NCBI RefSeq assembly: GCF_001194135.2
Contig: NC_069003.1
Coordinates: 4,321,828-4,374,686 of the forward strand
Length of the DNA stretch: 52,859 bases
Source of the DNA: Octopus bimaculoides
Taxonomy: Eukaryota
Direction: 5' to 3'
The notes below the pieces were generated by a model that made no database searches, had not been told where the DNA came from, and worked only from the letters and a program-made list of their open reading frames with translations. The number at the start of each line of letters is the position of its first letter. Positions within the stretch are counted from its first letter, which is position 1. Below are positions 12,925 through 25,961 of this stretch, one piece after another. The translations under genes were made by a program, and so were the position numbers.

Positions 12925-13091
12925 TATATGCATATGTGGATTTGTGTGTATGTGTGTGTATGCGTTTGTATGCATATGTAGACTCGTGTGTGCGTGTGCG
13001 CATGCGTATGTATGCACATGTAGACTTGTGTGTGTGTATGCCTCTGCATCAGTATGTAGACGTGTTTATGTGTATGTATGCACATGAAGAC

Positions 13092-13125
<34 letters not shown>

Positions 13126-13270
13126 ATCTATATACATATAAAGGCTTGTGTGTGTATGCGTAGGTATGCATATGTAGACTTGTGTGCGTGTATACGCCTG
13201 TATGCATATGTAGACTTGTGTGTGTGTGTATGCGTATGTATGCATATGTAGACGTGTGTGTATGCGTATA
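12925..13270. repeat. Minisatellite of about 36-44 bp inside a TG/TA-rich tract
   Basis: Recurring TATGCATATGTAGACTTGTGTG..TATGCG unit, about 8 copies. Confidence 0.75.
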
Positions 13271-14062
13271 TACGTATATGTACGTTTGCGTGTGTATGTG
13301 CAAATCTGTGTATGTGTATACACGTGTGTCAGCTAATGAACTCATACTTCTGCGCACGTGGATTTTTCTTTTGCCTCTATATGCGTATGTACATCATTGT
13401 ATATCTGCATATATGTGCGTGTATATCTGCCTATAAATATGCGTATATCTGCGCATGTATGAGATTAATGCGACTATGAGCCAGTAAATGTGTGCCATGG
13501 AATGTGTGCGGGCGTGAAATCTGTGCAGTGTTATGAAGAATATCTGTACAGAAGATTGACATTAAATAGTGTTAGAAACCAGCCTGGCGCCAAACAATAC
13601 TTGTTATGAATCTTTGGTGATTCCATTGGCGTTCACCACAGTCTTACACGCTTTTCTTATGTTTGTTTTTTCATTGCGTTCATGGTATGTTTTTCACTGA
13701 ATTTCCATTGCTGTATTTTTTCGTTCTTTTTCTGTTTCGTTTTTTGCTATCTTTTCTTTCTTTGAATTGTACGTTAGAATTGTTTTGTTTAAAGTATTGC
13801 TTGTAATTATTACAAATTTCAAAAAACAATTATCCATTCTAGTTATTAATGGTTTTTTCTGTTTTTTTTTTGTTTTTTCACTATTTCGATATATTATCAT
13901 TATTATTATTATTATTAATTTATTGTTATTTTTTTATGCTTTGTTTAGATTTTGAGGGTCGAGAGAAGAGATCTTATGCACACTCGCGTACATTTGTATA
14001 CACACATGTATATTTAGGTATACAGACGTATATATGTATATGTATATCTATATCTATACAAG

Positions 14063-14098
<36 letters not shown>

Positions 14099-14159
14099 CA
14101 GAGAAGGAAAGAGAGAGAGAGCGAGAGATAGTTCTATATATGCATACATGCATATATGT

Positions 14160-14190
<31 letters not shown>

Positions 14191-16696
14191 AATATATATA
14201 TATATTTACATGTATACATATACATATGAACACATATTTGTATGTCCATGTATACGTATGTGTGCAAGTGGATGTACGTATACATGTAAGTATGTATGTA
14301 TCAGTGTGTATATATCTGTATGCATGACTGTACTTATGTATGTATATACATGTATGTGAGTGCTGTATTTATCTATATCCTAATCTGACACTCACTTGGT
14401 CTCTCTATCTACCAACCTTACTCGTTTCCTCTCTATATACACATATATACATTCAGTTACAGACACATACCTCTATACCTACATAGCGATATATAGACAT
14501 AAGTAGATGCACATACATAGAATTAGTAGTTTCATCGTTTTCATATATTTACTCTCAGATTCCCATAAATATATATTAATATCTATTTTTTGTACTATTA
14601 TTGATTATGTGTTTATGTATTTTTTTAAATATATGTACATGTGTGCGTGTATGTGTCTGTGTATACATGTATGAATATATGTATAGATAGATAGATAGAT
14701 ACATAGATGTGTGTGAATCTTTACAATCTTGCATTTGTGCTGTCCGTCTCTTTGTTTGGGTGTGTGTGTGTGTGTATGCACACACTCACACACACTCACA
14801 GAAAGTCACAGACACATGCACAAAAACATACACCAAAATGCACGTGTCCGTGTTCGTGTTTGTTTATATCATTAGGTAGATGTGCGTATATATATATATA
14901 TATATATATATATACTCATCAAGGAAGGCCTCTTGTCTATAGGAACCTTCCCAGTCTTTTAGAAGCTAGAGAGTACCTCGTCTCACAGAATCAGGTACTT
15001 TGACTCCGCTACTAGAGGTGTAACACCTGTCCTTGTATCAACAACGCTACAACTCTGACCCGGCCTAAGTAACTCTACCACATATCACAAACTTGTACTT
15101 CTCATCAACCCACCTTATTTACCGTAGTATCCAAAAATGTTTGTGGTACGTTCGTAGTAATCTTTGAAATAAACAAATCCACGCCGAAACACTTCACTGC
15201 ATCACACTGGTCCAGTCCATTCGCAGTTAATCTGTTTATGCCACCTGTACATCCCATGAAGCATCTCATGCAAAGAATTGGAGGGAACAACGACCATATT
15301 CTAACTTGGAGTCATTGCACTGACATAATAGCTTCTAATTCTTCTCTTTCTCTTAATAAAATATTCCCCACTTTATCATTAGATCTCTCATTTCAGTTTT
15401 TCCCCTACCCCTTATCCACGCTGGCTTCTAGCCATCGTTTTTTTTTTATTTCACTTTCCTCCTTCATTCTATCACGCAGGTTCTATCTCCTACGTCCTCC
15501 CGTCTACGTATACATTCTCACGTAGTTTTGCGTACCCTATCAGTTGCAGCCAGTCGCTGAGACACAAAAGCTATAAAACTCTTTTATCGCTCCCCTCCAC
15601 ATGCGTATGTATGTATGTATGTATGTCGTTGTTCAGTCTTATTTCATGATTTCTTGCCAATTGAGGAAGAGCCGATTTCTTAACCTAGATCCAAGATTCC
15701 TTCATTGGGATTTCAACATCAACAACAGGGTATTTTTTTATGTATGTATGTATGTGTCTGTGTGTATGTACGTATGTATGAATTCTCATAATTATTATTA
15801 CATGATGCTACTAAACTGGCAATTTTATGTGATCCGCCATGGAAATTGTTAAAAATAAAAGAAAACACACAACGAAATTTAAGACAACTACTATATACAA
15901 TATGGATTTACGCAAATCACTAATAATACCAATTGCTGTGAAGTAATGTACTGAATCTTTAATATCCTACAAATTGTATAGATTGCATAATGAGAGATGA
16001 AGCTCATATTAAGCATAAATTCAAAATAAAATCTCCGCAAATGTTTTTAGTTAATTCGTTTGTACGTTTGTTCTGTTGTTTTCTAAGAATTAAATTGTTA
16101 TATGATATATTTGATACAATGAAACGCGTCGCTTCAATTGCATCAGCGGACATTTTTTTATTTTTTCTGTACAGGAAGTTAAATAAGTTCGCTTAGTGTT
16201 TCTTCGCTTTGTAAGCCATTGAATAGAATGCTTCTACCGTTTCACGGAGGAAATTTGCGTTTTATTGAAGCAGTGTTGTTAAGTCTAGTTAGTATTTCTA
16301 CATCTAAACCTCACCTGAGTAGAGTTTTCTTTTCTACCAACATCTTCGATCATTTCATGGAATATGTTCGTGCATGTGTGTGGGCGTAGAAAGGTGCGTT
16401 TATGCTTGTGTGTGTGTACGTGTGAATTAATGTTTGCGTTTGTTCCTCTCAAATGTTCAAGAACCAAGTGTTGATTTGTTGACGTCTCCGTTAAGAAATG
16501 GTTAAACAAAAAAAAAAGAGGATCATAAACTAAATTCTAGGCTTTAAGAAAAACGCGTAGGGTGCCAGGGTCAATAAATAATGGATCTACAAATGCAATA
16601 TCCCTGCATATCTCACATTTATTTTCATTCCTCCACTTCACTCTCTATTTCGTATCTTATCTAAATTAACTATTGCTTAACCATTTTCTAACACCG

Positions 16697-16744
16697 TCCC
16701 CGATGAAGGGATATAATAAATATCCTGGAAACAGCTCTAAGACC
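16697..16744 (+). ncRNA. Degenerate minimal type-I hammerhead motif, family 2
   Basis: GUCC-CCGAUGA-A-GGGAUAU[AAUAA]AUAUCCU-G-GAAAC-AGCU-CUA-AGAC. Palindromic AGCU loop 3; U4C and G16.2C lesions; stem I GUC/GAC. Confidence 0.6.
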
Positions 16745-16853
16745 TATTTATAAATGTTCTAAAATCTTCACAGCCTTGGTTTCTTATCTCATTCTAAAAA
16801 AGAATTTTATATATATATATAAGTGGGAGCATGTATATATATATATATATGCT

Positions 16854-16937
16854 TTCCCTGATGAGAAGGTTACAATTTTAATATCAAAGATCCATATGGA
16901 TCACACAGGTTGTAATCCTTTGAAACATATGTAGGAA
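16854..16937 (+). ncRNA. Near-intact minimal type-I hammerhead ribozyme, family 3
   Basis: UUCC-CUGAUGA-GAAGGUUACAA[loop]UUGUAAUCCUUU-GAAAC-AUAU-GUA-GGAA. Stem I UUCC/GGAA; 11-bp stem II with one bulge; palindromic AUAU loop 3; predicted cleavage after A16933; AATAAA at 16936-16941. Confidence 0.8.
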
Positions 16938-17141
16938 TAAAGTATGCAATTATAACATGCGTTTTCTCCAATCCTTAAATTCTTAAATATACTCAAATAC
17001 CCAAAATTTCAAGGAGTTTCTGCCTTAAAAACAGGAACTAAACCACAGTTATTTTGTGTTCTTTGCTACATTGGTTTCTATTAACCCATTTATTCTATCA
17101 GAAGAATTTTTATTCATTAAGATAGAAGAAATACACATAAT

Positions 17142-17175
<34 letters not shown>

Positions 17176-18126
17176 TGCTCCCGCTTACATCAATGGAGAC
17201 ACGATATGTAATGGAGGAATGCGTCTTAAATTTGTGTTTGTTTGTTTGTTTCTGTCACTGTCTCTTGCTTTCTCCATCTGTCCAATACAATATGATGAAG
17301 ATATAGTGTGTGCCTGGCTCTCTGAGAATATCTGTCATAACAGAAAATGAACAACAAAGAAAAACAAAACTGAATTTCCTGTCATTTGTTGTTAAGCGAG
17401 TAGATCATGTGGGAAGACTTTACCGTTCCTTGGTGGGTGGTCGGCAATTCTCACACCCCGACCGACAGATAAGCGCTCCCGACAAACACACACACACAGA
17501 TATATATATATATAAACGGTAGAGGAGTAGGGGCCGAAACCGGACGTGGTTCCTCCTGATGATGTCTTGAGCTAACTGGATCCTATAAAGGAGCTGTTGT
17601 GGTAGCAGACCACGAAACATGGTTGAAATTCCTCCTAAGAGTGCGGGTGTCTCCGTGCGCCTGCATATTTAATGTCCGCCCGAAGGATCGGCAAACACAG
17701 AAAATAGTTATCCTGAATGTCAAATCTACAAACAAACTTTATATATACATGCGTATGGATATGTCTGTTTGTGGGAGTGCGCGAGTGAGTGTGTGTATGT
17801 GTCTGTGTGCGCATGCGTGTATTGGGGAATACTTAATAAAATAAGATTTGTGTGAGTTGTTCGTCGTGGTAGTTGTGTAATATTATAATACCTTCATCGA
17901 TTATGTATCATTATCTGTTGTGTTATGTTGTTGGATTACCAATGTGTTTTGTTGTTTTTATTGATTATTTTTTTTTGCATTGGGTTCATTGATGGTAACT
18001 GTGTTCTATGTAAAGTTTGCGAACGATTTAGGATAGGTTATACGTTAATGCGATGCTTAAATATAAAGAGATCTTCGGAAAGATACGGGGCATCCCTAGC
18101 ATGATCTTTATCAGGAATGTGCCTGG

Positions 18127-18157
<31 letters not shown>

Positions 18158-18168
18158 CCTATGCTTAA

Positions 18169-18563
18169 GAGTGACTGTGTGGTAAGTAGCTTGCTTAGGA
18201 ACCACATTGTTCCGGGTTCAGTCCCACTGCGTGGCACCTTGGACAAGTGTCTAAGTGGCTTCTACTATAGCCTCGGGCCGACCAAAGCCTTGTGAGTGGA
18301 TTTGGTAGACGGAAACTGAAAGAAGCCCGTCGTATATATGTATATATGTGTGTGTTTGTGTGTGTCCCCCCAACATCGCTTGACAACTGATGCTGGTGTG
18401 GTTACGTCCCCGTAACTTAGCGGTTCGGCAAAAGAGACCGATAGAATAAGTACTAGACTTACAAAGAATAAGTCCTGGGGTCGATTTGCTCGACTAAAGG
18501 CGGTGCTCCAGCGTGGCCACAGTCAAATGACTGGAACAAGTAAAAGAGTGAAAGAGTAAAGAG
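18169..18563 (+). mobile_element. SINE family A, best-preserved full-length copy
   Basis: Head GTGTGGTAAGTAGCTTGCTT..AACCAC.TTGTTCCGGGTTCAGTCCCACTGCGTGGCACC, internal (TA/TG)n, tail GTCAAATGACTGGAACAAGTAAAAGAG. Confidence 0.9.
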
Positions 18564-19039
18564 TTGAAATTTACAGAAAAACAAAAGAGGAAGACAGGTG
18601 TATGAACAATAGGTGTATGCTAACGTAAGTAAATCTATATATGTAATCGAAACACTATTAATCGTTTCTTTCAAGGATTAGATTCCACATACATTGCTCC
18701 ATTGCTCATTCTAACCACATCTCCCGACAATGAAATTGACAGTGTTATAAACGGAGAAAAATGTATTCCACTATGTGAATAGCTAACAAGATGACGCCAG
18801 TGGATATGAAAACTGTGCAGAAGCCCTCCCAGTAGAATATAAGTGTTATTGAAAAATCTAACCGTGTCACAAATTGCCCTAGGAATAAAGTTTAGATTTC
18901 ACGAGGGTCCGTTCAGCGAAATTTAATGACTCGGGCGTTTAGTTGGTCGAAATACTGAATATTCATCGTGGAGAAACGACGGAGACTCTGATCAATGCAA
19001 ATTGGAACAATAATGACAATAATAATGACAATAGTAGTA

Positions 19040-19076
<37 letters not shown>

Positions 19077-19613
19077 CACCACCAACTATAACAGCACTCA
19101 GAAAAATATTAATAAACAAACAACTAATAAAATTAAAATAATTATTTTTCAAAAACTATGAACGAAATGAGGGGAAAAAAAATCGAAGCATGTCAGGAAA
19201 TGCATAAAAGGCATTTTTTTATATTTGTTTTCTTCTTTAATTCCTGATTTTGAGTTTTAGCGTTTTTAGGAGGGATGGCTGGATGGGTTGGCGTTAGGGG
19301 GGTGAGATGGTTCTGTTTCTTTTTTTGTTTTTTACCTCGTTACGTTTTTAATTGTTGTAATTCCTTCTTCTTCATCATCATCCGATTATTATTATCATTA
19401 TCATTATTATTATTATCATTATTATTATATTATTATGTTATTATTGTTGTTGTTATTTTCCATATTTTTTCCTTCCTTCCTTCTTTCATTCATTCTCTTT
19501 CTTCTAACCAATTTAGATTAATTGGTTCACAACTCTTGTCAAATTCAGCAGAGGCAGAAAAATAGAATAAAAATACCAACATAAAAGCAACAAATAAAAT
19601 TAAAAACAACAAA

Positions 19614-19666
<53 letters not shown>

Positions 19667-20120
19667 CATATATAAAACTGGTTTTTCTAACTCACTTTCT
19701 GCTCTATAACGCTTATTACGGTCCTTCTCTGTTATTTCATTCACATCATTTCATATTAATCCAAATCCAATCTTTTCTTTCCTTAGAATTACACGTTTGT
19801 TTTTCTCATATACATACATACATACATACTTACATATATACATACACATACATACATACATACATACATACTTACATACGTACGAAAGTACGTATGTACA
19901 GAAACGAACACACATGCTCATACGCAAATTCATATCTGGCCGCACACGCGCATATATATCCTTCTGTTTTTCCAATGTACTGCTGATTTTAATTTCTAAT
20001 ATTTGCTTCCATAGTGATTGTTTTTGTTTTTGTTGCTGTTGTTGTCTTTCTTACAACTTCGTTTGTTTTTGTTGTGTTTGTTTTGTATTATCCTTTATGC
20101 ATACCTGTATTCTTACATAC

Positions 20121-20172
<52 letters not shown>

Positions 20173-20387
20173 GACAGAAGGGAGATGAAAGAGAGAGAGA
20201 GGGAGAGAGAAAAGAGAGGAAGAGAGAAGAAAGAGGAAGAAAGACATATATAAATATAGATGAATTTATCTAAGACGAAACTTAAAATTTCTCGAATGAG
20301 TTTCACAGTTCCGATTCTCAAACAAAATCTAACGCATAGATATATGTATACACATACATAGATGCAAAGATACATAAATATACACAC

Positions 20388-20491
<104 letters not shown>

Positions 20492-20877
20492 GTGTGTGTG
20501 TGTGTGTAAATACCAGTATGACTGTGTGTATGTATGTATGTATGTATGTATGTATATACATGCATACGTATGTGTTGAGATAGATAGATAGATCCGTTTC
20601 TGGTATTTAGTTTTTTACTCTTTATGTTATGAATTCAAATCCCGCTGAGGTCTTCTTTTATATTTTTTCACCGTTCATATTCTTCCCCCCACCCCCACCC
20701 AACACCATCTCTGCCACCGCTACGTCCATTCAAAGCCGCTTATTAACAGCACCAATGTCAACCATTAGAAAAACAATAAGATCTAACGGCCGCGACAACA
20801 ACACCAACAATAACAACAAAAGCAACAACTACAACATTAAATCAACAACACCGACAACAGTGACATTAACAACTTAG

Positions 20878-20950
20878 GTGCAGGGGTAGTTACGTGGTAA
20901 GAAGTTTGAATCCCAACCAAATGATTCCGGGTTCGGTCCCATTGAGTCGC
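20878..20950 (+). mobile_element. SINE family A head only
   Basis: GTGGTAAGAAGTTTG..TCCCAACCA.ATGATTCCGGGTTCGGTCCCA. Confidence 0.65.
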
Positions 20951-21932
20951 CAACTGCAAGTACTACCACCCACAACACCTCTACCACCACCACAACAGCC
21001 TCACCACTGCTACTAGCACCAATACCGCTATTGCTACCAACACCATCACCTCAAGCGCTACAACTGCCACCACGTTTAACGCCAACACCAAGAACACCAA
21101 CATCATGAATATGACTAAATAACACCACCACCATCACCAATACCGAACGCTAACAACATCACAATGACAAGAACCAACACCACCACTATCATAGAACCTA
21201 CCATACCTACTGCAACCACCACTGCTACTAATACCGACACCAAAACTGCCATCACCGACATGACTATAAATAACGCCACCAACAACACCGTCCCACCATT
21301 AACAAGAACGTAAGCACTACAAACACCCTCACCATCTCCGCGATCATGGACTCACATAACTCCTGCCATCGCCGGCGTCGTTGTCGGCGTCGCGGTCGTC
21401 GTCGTAATCGTCTGAGACCCAGCCGGAAAATGTTGTGTTGTAAGTGAAACACCTGCCGCTGCAGTTTTATCCAGTTTTATCCAGTTTTGCTTCATTTTCC
21501 CCCAGTCATCCATACAACTCGGCTTCAATGAAGCTTGATGATGTTCTTCAGTCATCCTTTTCCTTCATCCTCCTTTCTTCTCTTCTCTTTCTCCGTGTAT
21601 TTGCAGCATTTCGTTCAATTAATGACGACCGTCATTATAATGCATGCTTACACATTCACACACCATACGGAACGTACACGCCGTACAGAGAACCTGCACG
21701 TCATAATACTTAGGCTCACACACATGCATCCATCATGCATTGCAATGATATATATATATATATATANNNNNNNNNNNNNNNNNNNNNNNNNNNNNNNNNN
21801 NNNNNNNNNNNNNNNNNNNNNNNNNNNNNNNNNNNNNNNNNNNNNNNNNNNNNNNNNNNNNNNNNNNNNNNNNNNNNNNNNNNNNNNNNNNNNNNNNNNN
21901 NNNNNNNNNNNNNNNNNNNNNNNNNNNNNNNN

Positions 21933-21978
<46 letters not shown>

Positions 21979-21990
21979 AATGCTAGATTG

Positions 21991-22026
<36 letters not shown>

Positions 22027-22143
22027 CATGCTGTGCCTGTATGTATGAATGACAGTCATATGAGATATATAGAAAAGGTAGATAGACAGATAGAGAGAGA
22101 AATAGAGAGCGATATATCTCTATCTATGTATATGCGTGTGTGT

Positions 22144-22174
<31 letters not shown>

Positions 22175-22862
22175 TATGCCGTTATATAAAAATAAATCAC
22201 TTTTTGAATATAAATACAAGTTTGAATACATAATATATTTGCATAACGAACTTAGCATATGCGAAAATAGAGCGCCAACCAGACGTGTAAATATAAGGAA
22301 ACCGAGGTGCAAATAAAAGGACAATGAAGCGAAGGTATGGGTGCAAAAATGACTGTTGCACTAGTGTTGCACTGTATGATACTGGTGCATTTTCTTGCAC
22401 CTATCTAGATACATAATTCTTAGTTCACGCATGCGTGGTATCTTAATAGCAAGCTTGGTTGAATGAGCACGTGCGTTTGGGCTTATCGAATATCGGAACG
22501 GGTTTTATAGTACAGAATAATCTATTTGTTAGACTAACCGCATAATACGTGAGGAACAGGTTCATCGATCTGTTAGAAATAGTAGTTAAAATTTCTTGAA
22601 ACCATAAGTTGCCGTTTTTTTATTTTTTATTTGTATTCTTTTTAATGTGTTGACATATATGCAAAGAGGGCTGAGTGTTTAAGAGCTTTGACATTTTGTA
22701 ACAACGTGGTTCCAGGTTCAGTCTCACAGTGTTGCACGCCTCACCTTTGGCGTTTTCTTACTAGAGCGCCAAGCTACATAATGCCTTGTAAGTGAATTTG
22801 CTAGACAGAAATATATGTGTATATATGTATTTGTGTGTGTGTGTGTGTTTGTGTCTGTGTCC

Positions 22863-22904
<42 letters not shown>

Positions 22905-23024
22905 TAACCTTATTTTTTAAAGTTGTCTGTTATTGTTTCCTCAAAGCTGTCCGTGTTTGAACCTATGTGTTGTATTTGTTGGCTTTTCTCAAAACAGATA
23001 GATGTCGATGATTATTTTCATATT

Positions 23025-23172
23025 TACCGTATTATTACGTGTATAAGGAACCCCCTAATTTAGGGGGCTTAAAATTTGGGAAATATGGTTTTGTAGGGGA
23101 TTATAATACTATCCATGTATAAGAAACTCCCATATTTTTTTAGCCTAATTTTTGACACGTTAAGATACGGTA
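23025..23172. mobile_element. pogo/Tigger-like MITE
   Basis: Termini TACCGTATT.TTACGTGT / ACACGTTAAGATACGGTA with TA duplication. Confidence 0.65.
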
Positions 23173-23249
23173 CTTCTTATTTGTAGTATTCTGTATTTGT
23201 GTTGTTATTCTTTACCAGACAATTTTGTAGTCATGCAGCGAACGACACC

Positions 23250-24150
23250 TATTAAAAAGTTCCAATCACATTAGTAAGCTACCTTTCTCTGTTTGAGGTA
23301 AATATAATCAGGGTGGTGTATTCTAAATTCAGGAATAATTTTTATTGCAGCTCTTCCTGTTCTGCAAGTTTATTTCGCCTTGAATTGAAAATAAAATATA
23401 ATTTATTTTTGAGAACGGTAGAATATAGATAGCTATGAACTTATTCTTTACATTTCACTTTGTCCTAAGCATTTATCTAATGCGTATGTAGTATTGCTTC
23501 AGAGACTATTCTTCTGCGTGCTTTGTATACTGTTTAGTTAATTGATTTCTAAGTATCTGTAAATCTGAATTCTAATTCAATTATCTCTATTTCTTTATAC
23601 GGAATATTATCAGTGCCTATAATTAATTTGGTTTGACACAATTTTGCAATCCAAATTTCATATCAATTCATCTATTAGCTCTGTGTACAATCTGTAGCAG
23701 TGTTTCTACTTTATCATCTGCAGCGTACTACTTGACGACGTCCATGTGCACAAGATTACTCTTTGTTCCACAATAGCATTTGTATCTGAATATCTGAACC
23801 GCGACTCGTTTAACATGTTAGTTAAATGTTTTAGATGCAGACAGAAGTTAAACAAAGGTTGTGAGCGCATTTGGAATATTTTTCATACAATAGAAATGAG
23901 CTTAGTATTATTAATCTCTCTTAACTCTATCAGCAAAATTCTAGGCATTTATCCATAAAGTGTTTAATACATCTATTGTCAAATAGAACAGCTTCACTTA
24001 AGGTTAACTATCTAAATTTCAATCTATGCCATACTTAAACCTTTCCCCTTTAAAACACACCAGTTATCGCTTTTTAATCTCGATAGCTATATTAGACTCT
24101 CAAACCTTTCTGCTCTTCTGAAAAACATCCTGTTTTTTTCCAAATGTTAA
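23250..24150 (-). pseudogene. Decayed R4/Dong-clade non-LTR retrotransposon reverse transcriptase
   Basis: Minus-strand translation, with stops and frameshifts, gives the following in the expected order: HLEKN..FSEEQKG, LSMA*I, IFQ..S.PLFNFCL.L..LTNMLNE, HMDVVK*YAADD..ETLLQIVH....IDMKFGLQNC, YRYLEI, QYYIRIR.MLRT..NVKNKFIAI. These match R4/Dong EEQKG, LSMAWID, FQGDSLSP, YMDDLKLYA and MEFGLDKC. The element probably extends upstream toward about 25150. Confidence 0.75.
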
Positions 24151-25294
24151 TTTTTCCATTCCGATATTATTTTTCCTCTTCGATACTATAGTCAAAAACT
24201 TTGTAAATTGTAGAAAAGGAGATTATGGTTGTATATACATTAAAATGGCTTCCTTTTCAGTGAGCCGCTCAAGTGTTGTCCAAAGCGCCTTCAGTATTGC
24301 ATCGTCATATCATATTCCTGTTAGCACCTTCCGTAAGAGATTGAAGTTGTGGATATTATAATTTTTTGATGCTTTCAACTTCATTCCTACTAGGGTTGCG
24401 CTACTTCTGCTTTTTTTTTTGCTGCGAAAATGTTTGACCTCGTCGCGACTTCGTTGGACATACTAAGTTGGACAAACTTCCCTGAGTATTTCTTGTATTT
24501 CTCTTGTTCTAAATTTTAAACTGATTTCTATTATATTTCGAAGAAGGTCTTACTAAAATCGTTTTGAGATTAAATTGAACTGACTGCTTTGTCTAAATAC
24601 TTATGGATAATATTTTAAACCGATGAATTCTTTGCGATCTATTAACATCTCAGGTTTCAGGCCTTCCTTGATTTTAGCTATTTCTAATACATATTCTATA
24701 TTCCCGTGATACACACATCCATTCTATGTTCTTCTAACATTTGTCTCTTCTTTCAATGTTGAGTCTTTTTTGTTGTTATTGATTTCATGAACGATTGTAA
24801 GATTTAGCCATTTATCTTTTGGTTATATGTTTCTATTCCATGTTCTTTGAGTTGAGTTTTGATATTCCTATATAAATAGATATGACAGAGTAACCAAATT
24901 CCATTCGTAACTTCCATATAACTGTTCAATGTTATTTCGTTTAACCAAAGTCATGTTCTTGTATGGTTTCATTCAGTCTTTGATGGCCGCCAGATTTTGC
25001 GTTCTTTGCTGTTGTTACCATTTCTCTATTGAATTTTATCCTTGGGGAGTACATTTGCTGATTCATAGGAATATTCCTACTGGTTTTAATTCTTTTATTA
25101 TTTCTCTCTTGAAATTGTCATGTTCATGATTTCGACATTTAGAATTTCAAAATAAATTTCATATTTTGAAAACTTTCTCATATTCACTTTCCATTTTTTT
25201 TTGTTCGTTTTTCTAGTTCGTTCCTTTGTTGGACAGTAGGGTTTTAGCTTTGCGTTGTTTTATTCTTTAATTTGTTTCTTTTGCGTTGTTCGTC

Positions 25295-25557
25295 TACAGT
25301 CGTGCCCAAAAGCTTGGAACATTTTTTTCATTAAAATTGCTATACTCAAGTGTACAATTCGATTCAAATATTTACAACATAGAGATATAGTTACCTACTA
25401 ACTGATCCAAATGTTTAATATCTAAAAGAAAACAAAATGGGTAAAAGCAAAGATATAGTTCTGGAACCATTTTCCCACTGTTAATACAAGTTTTGGCACT
25501 TAATTTTTTAAATTCTAATTTTCCTACCTCTGTTTCAAAATGTGGGCCACGACTCTA
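25295..25557. mobile_element. Tc1-like MITE
   Basis: TACAGTCGTGCCCAAAAGCTTGGAACA versus the reverse complement of the right end, TAGAGTCGTGGCCCACATTTTGAAACA; TA termini. Confidence 0.65.
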
Positions 25558-25922
25558 TCATCTGCGTTTATGGACTCAATGTTTACTTCTTTTTTCACTC
25601 GTTCGTTTATCATTTGTGATGCCGGCTAATGGTTTTTTGGTGCTTTAATAACTGGTTTCATTAGGTTTGCAAATATCTCTTCTTAAATTATCCGCTATTA
25701 GGGGTTAATTAGCATGTCATGGAATTGTCACCGGAAGAAATCAGATTCACAAAGACCTCAACAAGCCAAGAGCAGATGATGCCTTTCAGCTCTTTAGGTG
25801 CTAATCGAAAAGAAGGTAACTCCATACAAATCCTAGATCCTGATAACTACTGGTCTCGTGGTACTTGTACAAGACCAGCACAAATGTAGAGGAATGGGAG
25901 CGTGGGGCTGTCTCTGTACAAT

Positions 25923-25961
<39 letters not shown>

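Noticed and set aside
15105-15330. Unique stretch with a 61-aa Cys-containing minus-strand ORF
   Set aside because: No recognisable homology in any frame and no convincing splice acceptor.
22340-22404. Short inverted repeat GGTGCAAAAATG / CATTTTCTTGCACC with internal TGCAC motifs
   Set aside because: Only about 12 imperfect bp; does not match the metal-response element consensus; not repeated elsewhere in the window.
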